A DNA stretch of 63,742 nt, filler included, from Octopus bimaculoides (taxonomy: Eukaryota): NCBI RefSeq assembly GCF_001194135.2. It is 9 parts of 8 records of this genome, joined end to end, with 100 filler letters (N's around TTAATTAATTAA, not from the genome) between each part and the next. Parts side by side here need not be neighbours in the genome. Positions count along the whole stretch, not along the records: positions 1 to 5,034 come from NC_068993.1; positions 5,135 to 15,924 come from NC_068986.1; 7 more parts are not named here. One strand, written 5' to 3'. Made by a program: the position numbers and the translations under genes. The notes below the pieces were generated by a model. The model did no database searches. It was not told the DNA's origin and saw only the letters and a program-made list of their open reading frames with translations. Position 1 is the first letter of the stretch. Every line of letters begins with the position of its first letter. Shown one piece after another: positions 1-13,030 of the stretch.

Positions 1-16
1 TATATATATATATATA

Positions 17-501
17 TTATTACAAATTTGGGATTTTACCAATAGGACCACAACTTCAATTTCAGGACAACCTTATTTTCTAGAGTACACATAGAAAGTT
101 ATAGTCAAAATACTAATCTAATAATATAAGCAGTTTAAAGCCTACTATAACGTACAATAAAACAAAGTACATTAGAATTAATTATAAATTATTTAAGCAT
201 ATTTTAAAAAATATATGTACCTTACCTGTTATTAGTCTGTGGAGAAAGAAGATAATATTAATCAGCCCTACACGTGTTTCTGCCCTGGTGGTTTGTTTTA
301 CCAGGCTATACTTAATACATAAATCCACCAGTGCGTCCTCTGGTGTACTTTGTTTTATTGTACGTTATAGTAGGCTTTAAAATGCTTATATTATTAGATT
401 CGTATTTTGGCTATTACTTTCTATGTGTACTCCAGAAAATAAGCTTGTCCTGAAATTGAAGTTGTGGTCCTATTGCTAAAATCCCAACTGCGTAATAGTA
501 T
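17..501. mobile_element. MITE / non-autonomous DNA transposon with ~85-bp TIRs
   Basis: 17-98 is the reverse complement of ~416-501 (…aataggaccacaacttcaatttcaggacaa… / …ttgtcctgaaattgaagttgtggtcctatt…). Located in a (TA)n context. Confidence 0.75.
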
Positions 502-595
502 TATAATTACTACTGTTTGCTTTGCATTAGTAAAGTGTAAAATAGTAAATATCCAGATAATCTAGAATAATTATTATACGCTAAGTTTTTTAAAT

Positions 596-632
<37 letters not shown>

Positions 633-2419
633 CATATATATNNNNNNNNNNNNNNNNNNNNNNNNNNNNNNNNNNNNNNNNNNNNNNNNNNNNNNNNNNN
701 NNNNNNNNNNNNNNNNNNNNNNNNNNNNNNNNNNNNNNNNNNNNNNNNNNNNNNNNNNNNNNNNNNNNNNNNNNNNNNNNNNNNNNNNNNNNNNNNNNNN
801 NNNNNNNNNNNNNNNNNNNNNNNNNNNNNNNNNNNNNNNNNNNNNNNNNNNNNNNNNNNNNNNNNNNNNNNNNNNNNNNNNNNNNNNNNNNNNNNNNNNN
901 NNNNNNNNNNNNNNNNNNNNNNNNNNNNNNNNNNNNNNNNNNNNNNNNNNNNNNNNNNNNNNNNNNNNNNNNNNNNNNNNNNNNNNNNNNNNNNNNNNNN
1001 NNNNNNNNNNNNNNNNNNNNNNNNNNNNNNNNNNNNNNNNNNNNNNNNNNNNNNNNNNNNNNNNNNNNNNNNNNNNNNNNNNNNNNNNNNNNNNNNNNNN
1101 NNNNNNNNNNNNNNNNNNNNNNNNNTGTGTGTGTGTGTATATATCAATGAAAAGAATTCCAACCTTGTCTGATTCTCACGTTTTATTTACAATCTTATAA
1201 TAATATAATATAATATAAGATAAGATAAGATAACGAAAGGATAGAATATTAAATGTTCATTCTAGTTGAACTAGTACTTTCATACATTAAACTATGCAAT
1301 CTTCAGGTTCATATAGTAGTGGTGACAGTTACGTGTGCCTTAAATACGTTTGTATAGGCTCTAGAATGTTAGGTTTTACAAACTGAATTCTTGCCAATCA
1401 GCGTGTGGCTTCACTAAATTATTTAAGTTGATTGGTGTTTGATTTAGGCGTCATGGTTTATTGGACATGTCAAGAGACCTGTCTTCTGACCTTGGCAAAA
1501 GCAGTAATTGTTTGGCTATTTTTAGAAATGTTGTAAATATTTCCTAGGGATTTTTACATTTTAATTATCATTATCACTACCTTTATTATTGTTGTCGTTG
1601 GTGATGGTGCTGATGGTAGAAAGAATAGCACGTTGCATGCAAGCTAGGAGATGCACATTCATCCATTACAAGTATAATTCAGCACCATCACAGTCTTAAT
1701 TAGCATACATAGATTACCTGGATTTCCGGAAAGGTGACCACAATACTCCCCACCACCACCACCACCACCACCACCGGAATACATGATGTCATATAGCATC
1801 ACCAAATGCTCCAAGAAACTACATTATAGTATGGTACTTTTTGTTTACTGCCCTGAGCAAACACTTATGTCTATCCCTAAACACCACCTTCCAACTGAGG
1901 GTTACACCACCACCTACGCCTTGTGACCACCGTCCTACATAATCATGTACTTTGTCCTTATATTCTGATTTTTAGTGACGAACACAACACCACCTACGAT
2001 GTCCAGCATATGCCTATGGCTGTCCCTATATTACGCTTCTCTTGGGGACGTTCCCAACACCCCCACGAGCACAAATGTCATAGGATACTGCTGTACTGAC
2101 CTTGATGGTTTCCATTGAAAAAAATATCACCTAATAAAGACCTAAGCCTATCAACACCCATAGACTAGCTGCACCAGAAATTTAATTAATGACTGTCTGC
2201 AGACCAACATTATTAGGGGCTCCTCTGAGAAACTACTTACATGAACGGACTACTTGATCTGCACATTTGCTAAACGCATATAATTATCACTTTATTAATA
2301 CTGTTAAATGTTCTATTGTCTTACAGTTTCATAGTTTTGTCCAACTGCAGTGTTTCACTGGACACACGCGGAAAGTAACCCGATCCGAAAGCGTAGACAT
2401 ATGTAGGTAAGGTAGACGA

Positions 2420-2481
<62 letters not shown>

Positions 2482-2674
2482 NNNNNNNNNNNNNNNNNNN
2501 NNNNNNNNNNNNNNNNNNNNNNNNNNNNNNNNNNNNNNNNNNNNNNNNNNNNNNNNNNNNNNNNNNNNNNNNNNNNNNNNNNNNNNNNNNNNNNNNNNNN
2601 NNNNNNNNNNNNNNNNNNNNNNNNNNNNNNNNNNNNNNNNNNNNNNNNNNNNNNNNNNNNNNNNNNNNNNNNNN

Positions 2675-2709
<35 letters not shown>

Positions 2710-3146
2710 GTACGCATAGGTGAGTCTATATAAATGTATGTATGTATGTGCAGGTCTGCGTGCATTTTTATATAAGTCTAGATATATGCATATTGATATC
2801 CCTGTCCCTCCAAATATAAGCGCATCAGTATGTGGGCATGTATGGTGTGGGCGTCTCTCCACACAAACACATGTGCGTATACGCATGAACACAAGGCCGA
2901 AAGTGCACATAGTCACATCCAGTACGAGCAGACGACTGTGGGCGTATGTGTGTATGTAAAAATTTGTACGCAAGCGTTTGTCGTTGTACTAGTATTAGTG
3001 AGTAATCACATAGTCATTAACGCACAAACGGACATATGTGCGTATATGCCCTCAAGTGTGCGCATATATGTGTGTCTGTATGTGTGAGCGTATGCATTTG
3101 ACCGGTGTATTTATATGTGGACGTATATGTATCGATTTGCCTGTTG

Positions 3147-3189
<43 letters not shown>

Positions 3190-3191
<2 letters not shown>

Positions 3192-3548
3192 CAATGCAAA
3201 TAATAAGGAAAGATAAGGCATACAATAAATTAAAATAATACACATTATAAACTGTGTCAGAATCTGTTAGGCTCTTCTGTAAACTAGCTGCTGGTAATAA
3301 ATCCTTTGATAGTTGGCTATCTTTTTTAAGCGTGACGGTGTGAGCGAGAACTGGTTCGGGATGTTGGTAAGGTCATAATACTTAATGACTATTTGGAACA
3401 CATCAATATCCCAACATATGCCTACATACATATATATCCATACACGCACGTGCGCGCTTCCACATACATACACAGACTCATCAGTTTATACATATGGATG
3501 TATGTTTGTATATACATACATTCATACATAAATTCATACATACATACA

Positions 3549-3582
<34 letters not shown>

Positions 3583-3902
3583 CATACATACATACATATG
3601 TATAGACTGATGAATCTGTGTATGTATGTGGAAGCGGGCACGTGCGTGTATACATATATGTGTATATAGGCATATATAGGCATATGTTGGAATATTGATG
3701 TGTTCCAAATAGTCATTAAGTATTATGACCTTACCAACATCCCAAACCAGTTCTTGCTCACACCGTCACGCTTAAAAAAAAATAGCCAACTATCAAAGGA
3801 TTTAATATCAGCAGCTAGTTTACAGAAGAACCTAACAGATTCTGACACAGTTTACAGTGTGTTTTATTTTAATTTATTGTATGCCTTATTCTTTGCATTG
3901 TA
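3190..3902. mobile_element. Foldback element with ~305-bp inverted arms around a (TACA)n spacer
   Basis: 3190-3496 pairs with 3595-3902. Termini are TACAATGCAAA…TTTGCATTGTA. Confidence 0.85.
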
Positions 3903-4999
3903 TTTTTTCTTAATTACTTCTTGTTTGTATCCCAGCTGAACAATTTCATCTATTCTTTTCTATTCTTCATTCCTCCTCAATGTATTTTAGATACGACTAC
4001 AATCAGCATGTTCTACTTAAGTTTAAGAGCGAAATATCAACTTATGTTACGAGAAACTCACTTGCATCACCTTAAGTGATGCTCGTGCACTGTGAGGAGC
4101 ACTGAAATTCATTGAATAGTTTTCCGCCCACGAAGGAACAGTGCAGGATGTGTAAAATCGATCGTTGCGATAAATAGAGTTTCCAGTATACTCTATCTTT
4201 CGTATTCATTTTTTTTTCTATACTCAAGGTGTACTGAGGAACTTCTAACGTAGATCCAGTGACGATTGTGCAATTACCGAGGATGACGCCAGGTAGCCAT
4301 AGGTAGTGAACGTGCTTTGACGGCATACTGCTAGGAACACACACCAAAACTTTAATTTTAACTTATAAATATATCAACAAGTTTTTATTTTATGAACCAC
4401 GCCAAGTCGAATCCATAATATATGATTTGCTGGTCTTTCACCAAATCTCTAAACTCTCAGCTTTCCATTCATCCGTAATGTAGCCCGTTAAAACTTTAGG
4501 AAATACTGTAACTATTACAACAACTTTCTTTTTAAAATAATATTGTCGTACTTCAGTTGTTTTTATCGTAGCAACAAATATTCAATAGCTGTTTGCAAAT
4601 GAATTCCCAGTGTGTTATTTTATTTTAACGTTTAAATCACACATATTTCGTCTATTACTTGAGGATCTTGGGAACACTCTCTTTTATTTATTACAGTGTT
4701 AACATATTAATGTAGACTACAAGAAACACCTATGCAACATTATTGCATGAAGAACAAAGTTTATAAGAGACTGAAATCGTTATAAATGCTTCAGCAAGTG
4801 TAAGAGACAATTTATTATATTTTTCCTTCGGTTCTTTGATATGTGGATGGAATAACAGTAACACTAAAGCCATACTTGGCACATGTAGCTGTGTATGTGT
4901 ACGAGCGTCCATGTGCTTGAGGATATGTTTGGATCTGCTAGTATGCGTCTGCTATGTATATGTATATATACACACACACACACGTATATATACATATAC

Positions 5000-5034
<35 letters not shown>

Positions 5035-5134
5035 NNNNNNNNNNNNNNNNNNNNNNNNNNNNNNNNNNNNNNNNNNNNTTAATTAATTAANNNNNNNNNN
5101 NNNNNNNNNNNNNNNNNNNNNNNNNNNNNNNNNN
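5035..5134. other. Artificial scaffolding spacer 44N-TTAATTAATTAA-44N (also at 15925-16024, 23181-23280, 33867-33966, 37440-37539, 43029-43128, 54286-54385, 62544-62643)
   Basis: Identical 100-bp layout eight times; the 12-mer places stop codons in all six frames. Confidence 0.97.
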
Positions 5135-5485
5135 ATTTCTCTCATCAGAGGTACAAATAAATCGATTAAAATAGTTTAGAAATTGAGAAAGCTTAAACTT
5201 AGAAATAAAATAAAATGAGAACTCAAATTTCAGGTTAAACCTGGTTAACCCTATAAGACAGTTGGATTCCCTTCTATATCCTTGCAAACGTTTTTAAAAA
5301 TACTATAAGATTAAAAAAAAATATAACATTATTTGATATGACTTCAAGTTCTGTAAGCAAGAGATATTTTATATATGCATGCACACAGGCTTACATGTGC
5401 ACACACACGCACACAGTGAGAGAGAGAGAGAGAAAGAGAGAGAGAGAAAGAGAGAGAGAGAGGGAGAGTGAGAGAGAGTGAGAGA

Positions 5486-5516
<31 letters not shown>

Positions 5517-6101
5517 CTAATCAATGTTATGTGTCCACCAGCTAGCTCAAGGTCAATAATCATATCCTATGCTCATAATGAAAGCAATTTTGCTAGTTTA
5601 ACCAATCTAATGGTAACTATATAACATAGATACCATGGTAATGCTGACTGCTACTGGAAGAAGTAGGTACAAGTTGGAATTTGGAGGAGATTAACAAGCT
5701 GTCAATTCAGAACTTAACTTTAAACCAGATTTCATCATCATCATCATTGCTGTCACCACTGCCCCTGGTGACACCATCACCACTAACATCATCATTACAC
5801 TTGCCACTACTTGCCACTACTTTCACCACCACCCTTATCATCAGCAATGACAAATTCTCTATATTGGTAGGAAAACCTGTTTTTAGAACATGAAAATAAT
5901 AGCAAGTGCACAGAAACCTATGATGGAAGAATAATGAGTTTTTAATTTTTCTAATTTATATTAATTTATATTCTTGGTCTTAAAACTTATATAGAAAATA
6001 GGTTCTTGGACACTTTGTTAGTGACTTCAAATATGGATTCAGGCAAAATTTCACCAACAGACATAGGTTTCTCCATTATTATTGTGTGTGTGTGTGTGTA
6101 T

Positions 6102-6143
<42 letters not shown>

Positions 6144-6195
6144 AATGAGATAAAGAGACCAATGGTATAAGTAAATTTATATTTTATGTAGAAAG

Positions 6196-6242
6196 TCTTA
6201 CAACTGTTTCAGGGAAAATTCAATGTATCCCGTCATCGGAGA
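6196..6242 (-). ncRNA. Second hammerhead-like motif in the mirror arm
   Basis: Minus strand reads TCT-CCGATGA-CGGGA(loop)TCCCT-GAAA-CAGTTG-TA-AGA. Confidence 0.45.
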
Positions 6243-6553
6243 TGGTAATAGTAGAAGAATGGATTATTACATCTATATGAGGAGATTTGCAGTAAGAAAT
6301 GAGAGCAATGCGGAGAAGAAAAAACAAAGAAGAAAAAGTACTTGGATTATAGTTCCATTCCAACAGTAAACATCCATGTATAGACTCTGTGTGGGTATTT
6401 TCCAGAGATAATTATAGTTGCAACTATAATTATCTCTGGAAAATACCCACACGGATTCTATACATGGATGTTTACTGTTGGAATGGAACTATAATCCAAG
6501 TACTTTTTCTTCTCCTCATATAAATGTAATAATCCATTCTTCTACTATTACCA

Positions 6554-6600
6554 TCTCCGATGAAGGGATACATTGAATTTTTCCTGAAACAGCTGTAAGA
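6554..6600 (+). ncRNA. Minimal type-I hammerhead-ribozyme-like motif (U4C core variant)
   Basis: TCT-CCGATGA-AGGGA(loop)TTCCT-GAAA-CAGCTG-TA-AGA: 3-bp stem I, core C(C)GAUGA, 5-bp stem II, GAAA, palindromic stem III and GUA cleavage triplet. Confidence 0.5.
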
Positions 6601-9600
6601 CTTTCTACATAAAATATAAATTTACTTATACGATTAGTCTCTTTATCTCATTTTTGAAAAAAATATACATGCTAATACACGACCCATGTTGTATTCCCCA
6701 CTCATGTTGCAACCACATCAGGGGCAAAACTAGTCGGTATACAACACTTACTCGCTATTACCTGTATCTTTAGGGTTTGGTTGACTCCATTACCCTTCAT
6801 AACCTTTATATATATATATATATATGCTAGAAATAACAGCCAAATCTCCGTCTAATCACGTCTAAATATTTTGAAAAAACAAAAGAAAAGATGGAAAGAA
6901 GGACACATTATATAATGTAGTCTTAGATATTTGTAAGCCTGGGAAAAAAAGATAGGCCTTGTTATCCCAGCTGTATATAATAGCTGGTAATGCAACCTTG
7001 ATCCCACACTGAAATTCTCACACACATATATCAACCCTGGCAGAGAGAATGACCTATTGGAAATAGCAGTCAAATTCCCATCAAATTACACTTCATTGGA
7101 AACACATTTTGGACAATGAAGTATACTAAACTTAAAAGTGAATATAGATGAGATGTTTATGGCTGGACTGCTTTTAATCATAGTTCTGCTTGATCATGGC
7201 TAACCAGAGGCTAAATAGCAACAACATACCAAACCATTAGTACTTCTATGACAATAACTATAAGAATATTTATAATGAAGCTGCAACCACCAAGTTATGT
7301 ATAAACTTCAAAAAAGCTCTTACTAGAGTACAAGATAAGTAAGGTTTTGAAGAGAAATTGATATACAGGATATAGCTATTTTCTATATTTTTCTGTGATA
7401 TTTTTCTAAAATGCCAAAATTATGTTTCAAAAGAAAGCATGTCATTGGCCTGCATTAAAATTGCTGTTGCACGAGGTTGCTGTATCACGTTGCTTAAAAA
7501 AAACTGTAAATTATAGTAATAGTAAAATAAAGGAGAAAGAAAATTTATTCTTTAAATGACTTAAAAATAGATTCTATCTTTCAAAAACCAAAAATATTAC
7601 AAGCTATCAGCTTTCACTAAAGAAAAACAACAAATTAATTACATTTTTCTTTTTATTTATTTATATATTTTGCACAATTTTTTTTGTAAAAAACCCCCAG
7701 CTTTTTTGATAAAATATCAAACATGAAGTGTTTTTAAAAAAGAAAGTGAGACAGAGAGGAAAGCTTAGAAAAAAAGAAGTAATAAGAAGAAATAGGGTGT
7801 GTGTAAAAAGAAAGAAAATTTAGCTGATCAAGAGAAATAAGAGAACTTAAATTTCAACAAATGTGTGAGACAGAATGTTATTTTATTCTCTGAAAGTATA
7901 GGATATTGATATACCATTAGAATTAATGGTGACAAACTTCTAGACACAGATTTTTAAACATGTAGTTAAGTTAATTACATTTTTTCAATTATTTATATAT
8001 TACTCATTTTTGTAAAAATAAAAAAAATAAAAAAGCATTTTAAAAATGGAAGTATTCAGAGTTTCTGCCTATCAATTTCAGTCATAAGGTATTGGTTGGT
8101 TGACACTTGCCCAAGGTATGCTGTACAGAGGGATGTAACCTGAAGCCAAATAGTTATGAAGTGAACTACATGCCTTTGCCTCTCTGTATATCAGAATGTA
8201 TCAATGTATAGAAGGGTGGATGGACAGATAGATGGATGCATGAAAGCTATTAACTCTTTTGGTCATTAACAATTTCTTTTTCTGAGTGAAGATGTGTGCA
8301 GTAATGAGAGCTGATGTGACAGAGAATAATGACAAGTGGAGGGACATTGTATTAAAAGTGACCTAGCTAACATGTCATCTTGGAAAAATGGATGCAAAAC
8401 AATGATGTTGATGATAATGATATATATATATATATATATATATTATTTCAGAATTCATTTCTCTTTCCCTCTTTTATACTACGTACACATCTATATGCAT
8501 GGGAAAGATGTAATTAGATCAGTTTGAGAGTTATATCGTACAAATGAGATAGCACAGGCTCAATACAGATGGAGAGATGCAGTACTACAAATTTGACCCA
8601 TCCATTTCAATGCTATAAATAACTTGACCTAAAAGTGATATTACTGATGGAAATCATACAGTCCTTCCCGTTGTCAACAATAATCTTTTTCTATAACAAT
8701 GGTTGATCTGGTGAAGCAAAAACTAATGAATAGACCTGTAAAACAATGATTAGATTAAGAAACTTAGATGCTCAAGGTAATCTTTTTGTTACTATATACT
8801 TGTCTTGCTGGATAATCAGAATCAGTAGAGTGTCAGACTAAATGCTTCACAGTATTTAATTATATTCCTTCACCGCCATGTTCAAACTCTGCCAAATATG
8901 CACTTTCCCTTTCATCTTTTCAGGGTTGTTAAAATAAGCATCATTCAAATAATTGTTTCAATTCAATTAAGTACACTGTACCTCAAAATATGGCCTTGTG
9001 CCTTTGGTTAGAAATCATAATTATTTATTAATTTAGGGCATTGAATAATATATTTAGTCTCTTCTCTTTCAGATGTAAGTTATGCTAATATTGATTCGAT
9101 TAGAATCCCTTGCAGGGCAACAACCCAGAAAAGCAGGAAGGGTATCCAAGAAAAGAAAATTTGCCTCAATGAAAAGACTGGAAATGTGGATGTTAAAATG
9201 ATGATGGTTATGATGATAATGGTGATAAAAGGATACACTTAGATGACATTTCACTCATAATAAATAAAACTAACCAATAATATTAATAAATGGATTAACT
9301 AGGAGGTGATAGTTGGAAATAACTTCATCATTCTCCATATATTACTTAAGAAAGAATTTTTCACACACTTTTTACAAGTTTTTTAGTTATGAATTTATAG
9401 ATAAGCTCTTCCTTTAGTCAATTTATTCACATACTTAATGTTGCAGGGTTTAAAATCCATTATATATTTGACAAATATTGCTTATTCTTAAGTTTCTCTG
9501 AATATTCTGTATTCTGTTTTGTATTCCCCCTTTGCAAGGATGCTCAACACATCATTCTATAAAATTCGATATTATAAACCCAATAAAGAAGATAACTAAT

Positions 9601-10359
9601 ATATTTGTTCATTTTTATATATTTTCTTTTACAAAATTCTCAAAATGCTAAGAAAGATTTGGTATTGAATTGCTCAGAAGTATGATAGTGACTAAAAACT
9701 TCTTTTTTTGTGCTATTTCTATTTATACTGAGTACAAATGTCAGAGGTATTAATATAGTTTCAGCTGTAAAAATGAACAATTATTTGAAAGACGAATGAA
9801 CAGAGACACCTTATACTCTTATCTGATGCACAATCATGATTATTATCCTAGGACCTAACTGTATAAATAATTTATATAGGGTGTTTTTTGAAATGCTTTT
9901 AAAAAACTAAAGGGTTTATTTCAGACTCTCGAGGATTTTTGCTTTTGGTATATATAACATAACCAAGGTGGAACTGAAGGAATTTGATTATCAGCAATTT
10001 CATTCAAGTTGATGTTTGCAGCTTTCAAATGATGGTAAACTTCAGTGACCTATTTCTTTTTAATACTTAACAGTTTGCTTACTGTTTACTGTTACAGAAA
10101 TGTTTATTTTTCTTTGGACTAAAGGTACAGTTGGAAAACAGATTTGAAAAAAGATTTCAGTTTTGCTATATATTATAGAGTCAGTTTCATACATTTTAGC
10201 TTAAGGTTTCGCTTAATCTTATGATAAATACTACTTCCAAAATCTTTGTTTCATAACTATCTTGATAAGAGTTCTATCTTTATTAAATTTTGAGTAAACA
10301 ATTATATATTTTAACACCATCATCAACAAGATGTTTTTGTTATGTCATTCAATATATTC

Positions 10360-10710
10360 TGGAGCAACTCTTTTGAGGGATTAGTTGATCAAATTGACCC
10401 TAGTATCTGCTTTTAAGTCTGATACTTACTCAACTGGTACCTTTTTGCAGAACTCTTAAGTGATGGGGATGTAAAGTAAACAACACAAGTTGTCAATTAG
10501 TGGGAGATAAACACAAACATGCATCTGCAACACATACAGATACATATACATATAATGGGCTTCTGCACAGTTTCTATCTATCAAATTCACTCACTAGGAA
10601 TTGGTTGGCCTTGGATAGCATAGAATACTTGTGCAACATGCTGTGCAGTGGGACTGGGTCTGAAACATGTTTCATAGCAAACTTCTTAACTACACAGCTA
10701 TGCCTGCACC
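10360..10710 (-). mobile_element. Degenerate tRNA-derived SINE, family A
   Basis: Diverged match to the better-preserved copies at 58865 and 20839 (head, internal microsatellite, tail). Confidence 0.6.
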
Positions 10711-12599
10711 TATATAATTTAGTTAATACCATAATCCAAACCATACCAGCATGGAAAATGAATGTTAAATGATAATGATGATAATGATGATAACGATGAT
10801 GATGAGATGACGATTAAAGCTATTTCAAATATATCTTGTCAATATTCCACAACTATAAGCTCTATGTTTTATAATATTTTAAGGAATTATGACCCCTTTC
10901 CCAAGTCAACATGAATCTTCCAACTGATATCAAAAAGGAGGAAAAAGAACTGTTAGTGTGTGATCAATGAAAGTATAAGCTATATTGCCTAGATACAAGT
11001 GTGCCCTTGATTCAAGTATGCAGATGATTTATCATTAAACATATAAAAATTGCAATGGAAAATAGAATCTTCCTGCCATTTACATTTATTTATAATCTAA
11101 AGAGATCCCATCCCTTAGTGTATGTAAGCATTAATGTTTCCCTAGACTATGTAGAGTTTAGCAATTTGAGCTATTAGCTTATTCCATTCTGTAATATCAA
11201 TATTTGCAGCAGGGGAAAAGTATATAAAACAAGGCATTATAGTATTGTAGAGGAGCACAAACAGCAATAGCTTGCATATTTGCATTTAGTTGTATAGATC
11301 TATATAAAATTAGGTCTTTCATCAGCAGTTGTTCACAATCATTTTGATATTGTGGCACACTTAGGATTAGATAAAGAGTGAGTGAAACACTTTGTATGGA
11401 AATTATATTAAAGAAAAATATTAAAAAATCATTGTTTATTGTTTAATAATAATACATGTGTTTAACAAAATTATAAATAACACATTTTTCAAGACACTCA
11501 AGACCTAATATGGATTTCCTAAATTCTTAAGTTATATCTTAAAAAATTTTAGTCCACCTAGTTACTTCAAATGACACATCACTCTGCTGCAGTGCACCAT
11601 TTGCAAACCACTGTTTATAGTATTCACAAGCCTTGTACACTGAAATTATTTATATCTTAAAGATAAGTTCTCAGGAAACTTAATCTAGCAGGATCATGTT
11701 GAAAGCATCTTTTGTTTTTATAGTCCTTTATTTTGTTTTAGCCATCATAGCCAAGACTACACTGGAGCACCACCAAGGTTTAGTTGTGTTAGGTTTTTAA
11801 GCCTTCAACATTAGTGAGGTAGGTTCTTTGACTATATTTGGGGACTGATCTTAATTCGTCCCACCAAAAAAGATAATGATATTGTCCATCTTTAAGCTAG
11901 TCTCAGTAATTTTAATGTAGCGAAAGGAATTATATTGCTCTCAGATTTACAGATAGCACTTGTTTTATTAATCTATTTTGTTTTCGAAGATGATTGTTTC
12001 AATTTGTTTAGGTAAGTTAGTTGTTGGTGACCTTAGTCACTGCTTTGGGGTGTGATGACTTTGCCTGACACGAATCCTGGGCTTAGCTGACTCTGGTTGA
12101 CAATACTTGGTATGAGCTCCTGCCTAGAGTTATGGAGTTAGAGGCAAATAACCTCACTGTTTTATGAGACAAAGCTTAAGGGGTAAACCATATAACAAAT
12201 CCCAAGTGGAACTCTGAAGTCAGTCTGATATTCAACCCAATCTTTTCCAGCAATTCCTGCAATCAAACTGGTGCCAAATGTACTATTCTACTCCTTTGGA
12301 CCACACCAGCAAGGCCAGGAGAAGAATCTGGCATCTAGGCAACCTAGGATCTCTATATACTCAATCCCTGGAGAGGTCATTTCAGTGACATTGTGAAAAG
12401 TGGCAGCAGCAACATGAAAGCTCAAGCTGGGTTACAGTTCAAACCTTAACTGACCAATGATATGGAACTCCATTCTCTCTTAAGGGAGAAAGATCCCATA
12501 GAAGGATGAAATCAATATTTAAATCTCAGTTTCATTTTTGTCTAGGAGGGTGAATGTTTTGTTGATTGATTGGGGGCTTCAAGTTGAGAATTCTAATTT

Positions 12600-13030
12600 T
12601 ACTGTGCACTGATTATCATTTACACTTGACCTTGATCTGCACTTCACTGATGACGACGATGAGCACAAGGTTTTGGTGGACCAGGAGTTTGTTTAAAGAA
12701 TATTGTTTTTTTTCGTTCGTCCACATATCAGTTTGAATTTCAATAGAAGCTTTCAATACAAAGAAATTTGATGACAGTTGCATATGAAATTGACAGTGGA
12801 TGTAGGAGGGCAAAGTTTTTTCCAGACAACTTGTTTTGCATTCTTCTGGTGTCAGTTATTGCATTGTGGCCATGCTAAGTCACAACATACAAGTGCTTTA
12901 TTTGATTATGTCAACCCCAGTAGTTTGTTTGGTATTTATTTTATCAACCTTATAATGAGGAATAGCACAGTTGACCAAGGAGTAAAGGATGTAATTAAGT
13001 ATAACAAGGTATTTATGTTTGATGTACCAT
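12600..13030 (-). pseudogene. Possible highly degraded piggyBac-like transposase fragment
   Basis: Minus-strand remnants …INTKQTTGVDIIK*…VVWKKL… resemble piggyBac YNKxMGGVD…WxKK, with many stops and frameshifts. Confidence 0.25.

Larger units (their letters stand above)
6141..6655. repeat. Spacer-less palindrome (280-bp and 235-bp arms), Penelope pseudo-LTR/retrozyme-like
   Basis: Centre is ...ttatagttg|caactataa... at 6420/6421. Arms are near-identical apart from 45 nt (6286-6330) present only in the left arm. Confidence 0.9.

Noticed and set aside
1700-2130. (CCA)n tract with a minus-strand CAG|GTAAT donor, suggesting a Gly-rich exon
   Set aside because: All frames have stops within ~50 codons and there is no convincing acceptor; probably an old TE or low-complexity remnant.
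5079-5090. Recurrent palindromic TTAATTAATTAA (eight copies) resembling a dispersed motif or array repeat
   Set aside because: Always centred in exactly 44N+44N: an assembly spacer, not biology.
9930-10055. Minus-strand VTEVYHHLKAANINLNEIADNQIPSVPPWLCYIP with an AG upstream
   Set aside because: More like the PPW linker of a decayed I/Jockey-group LINE than a host exon; too weak to list as either.
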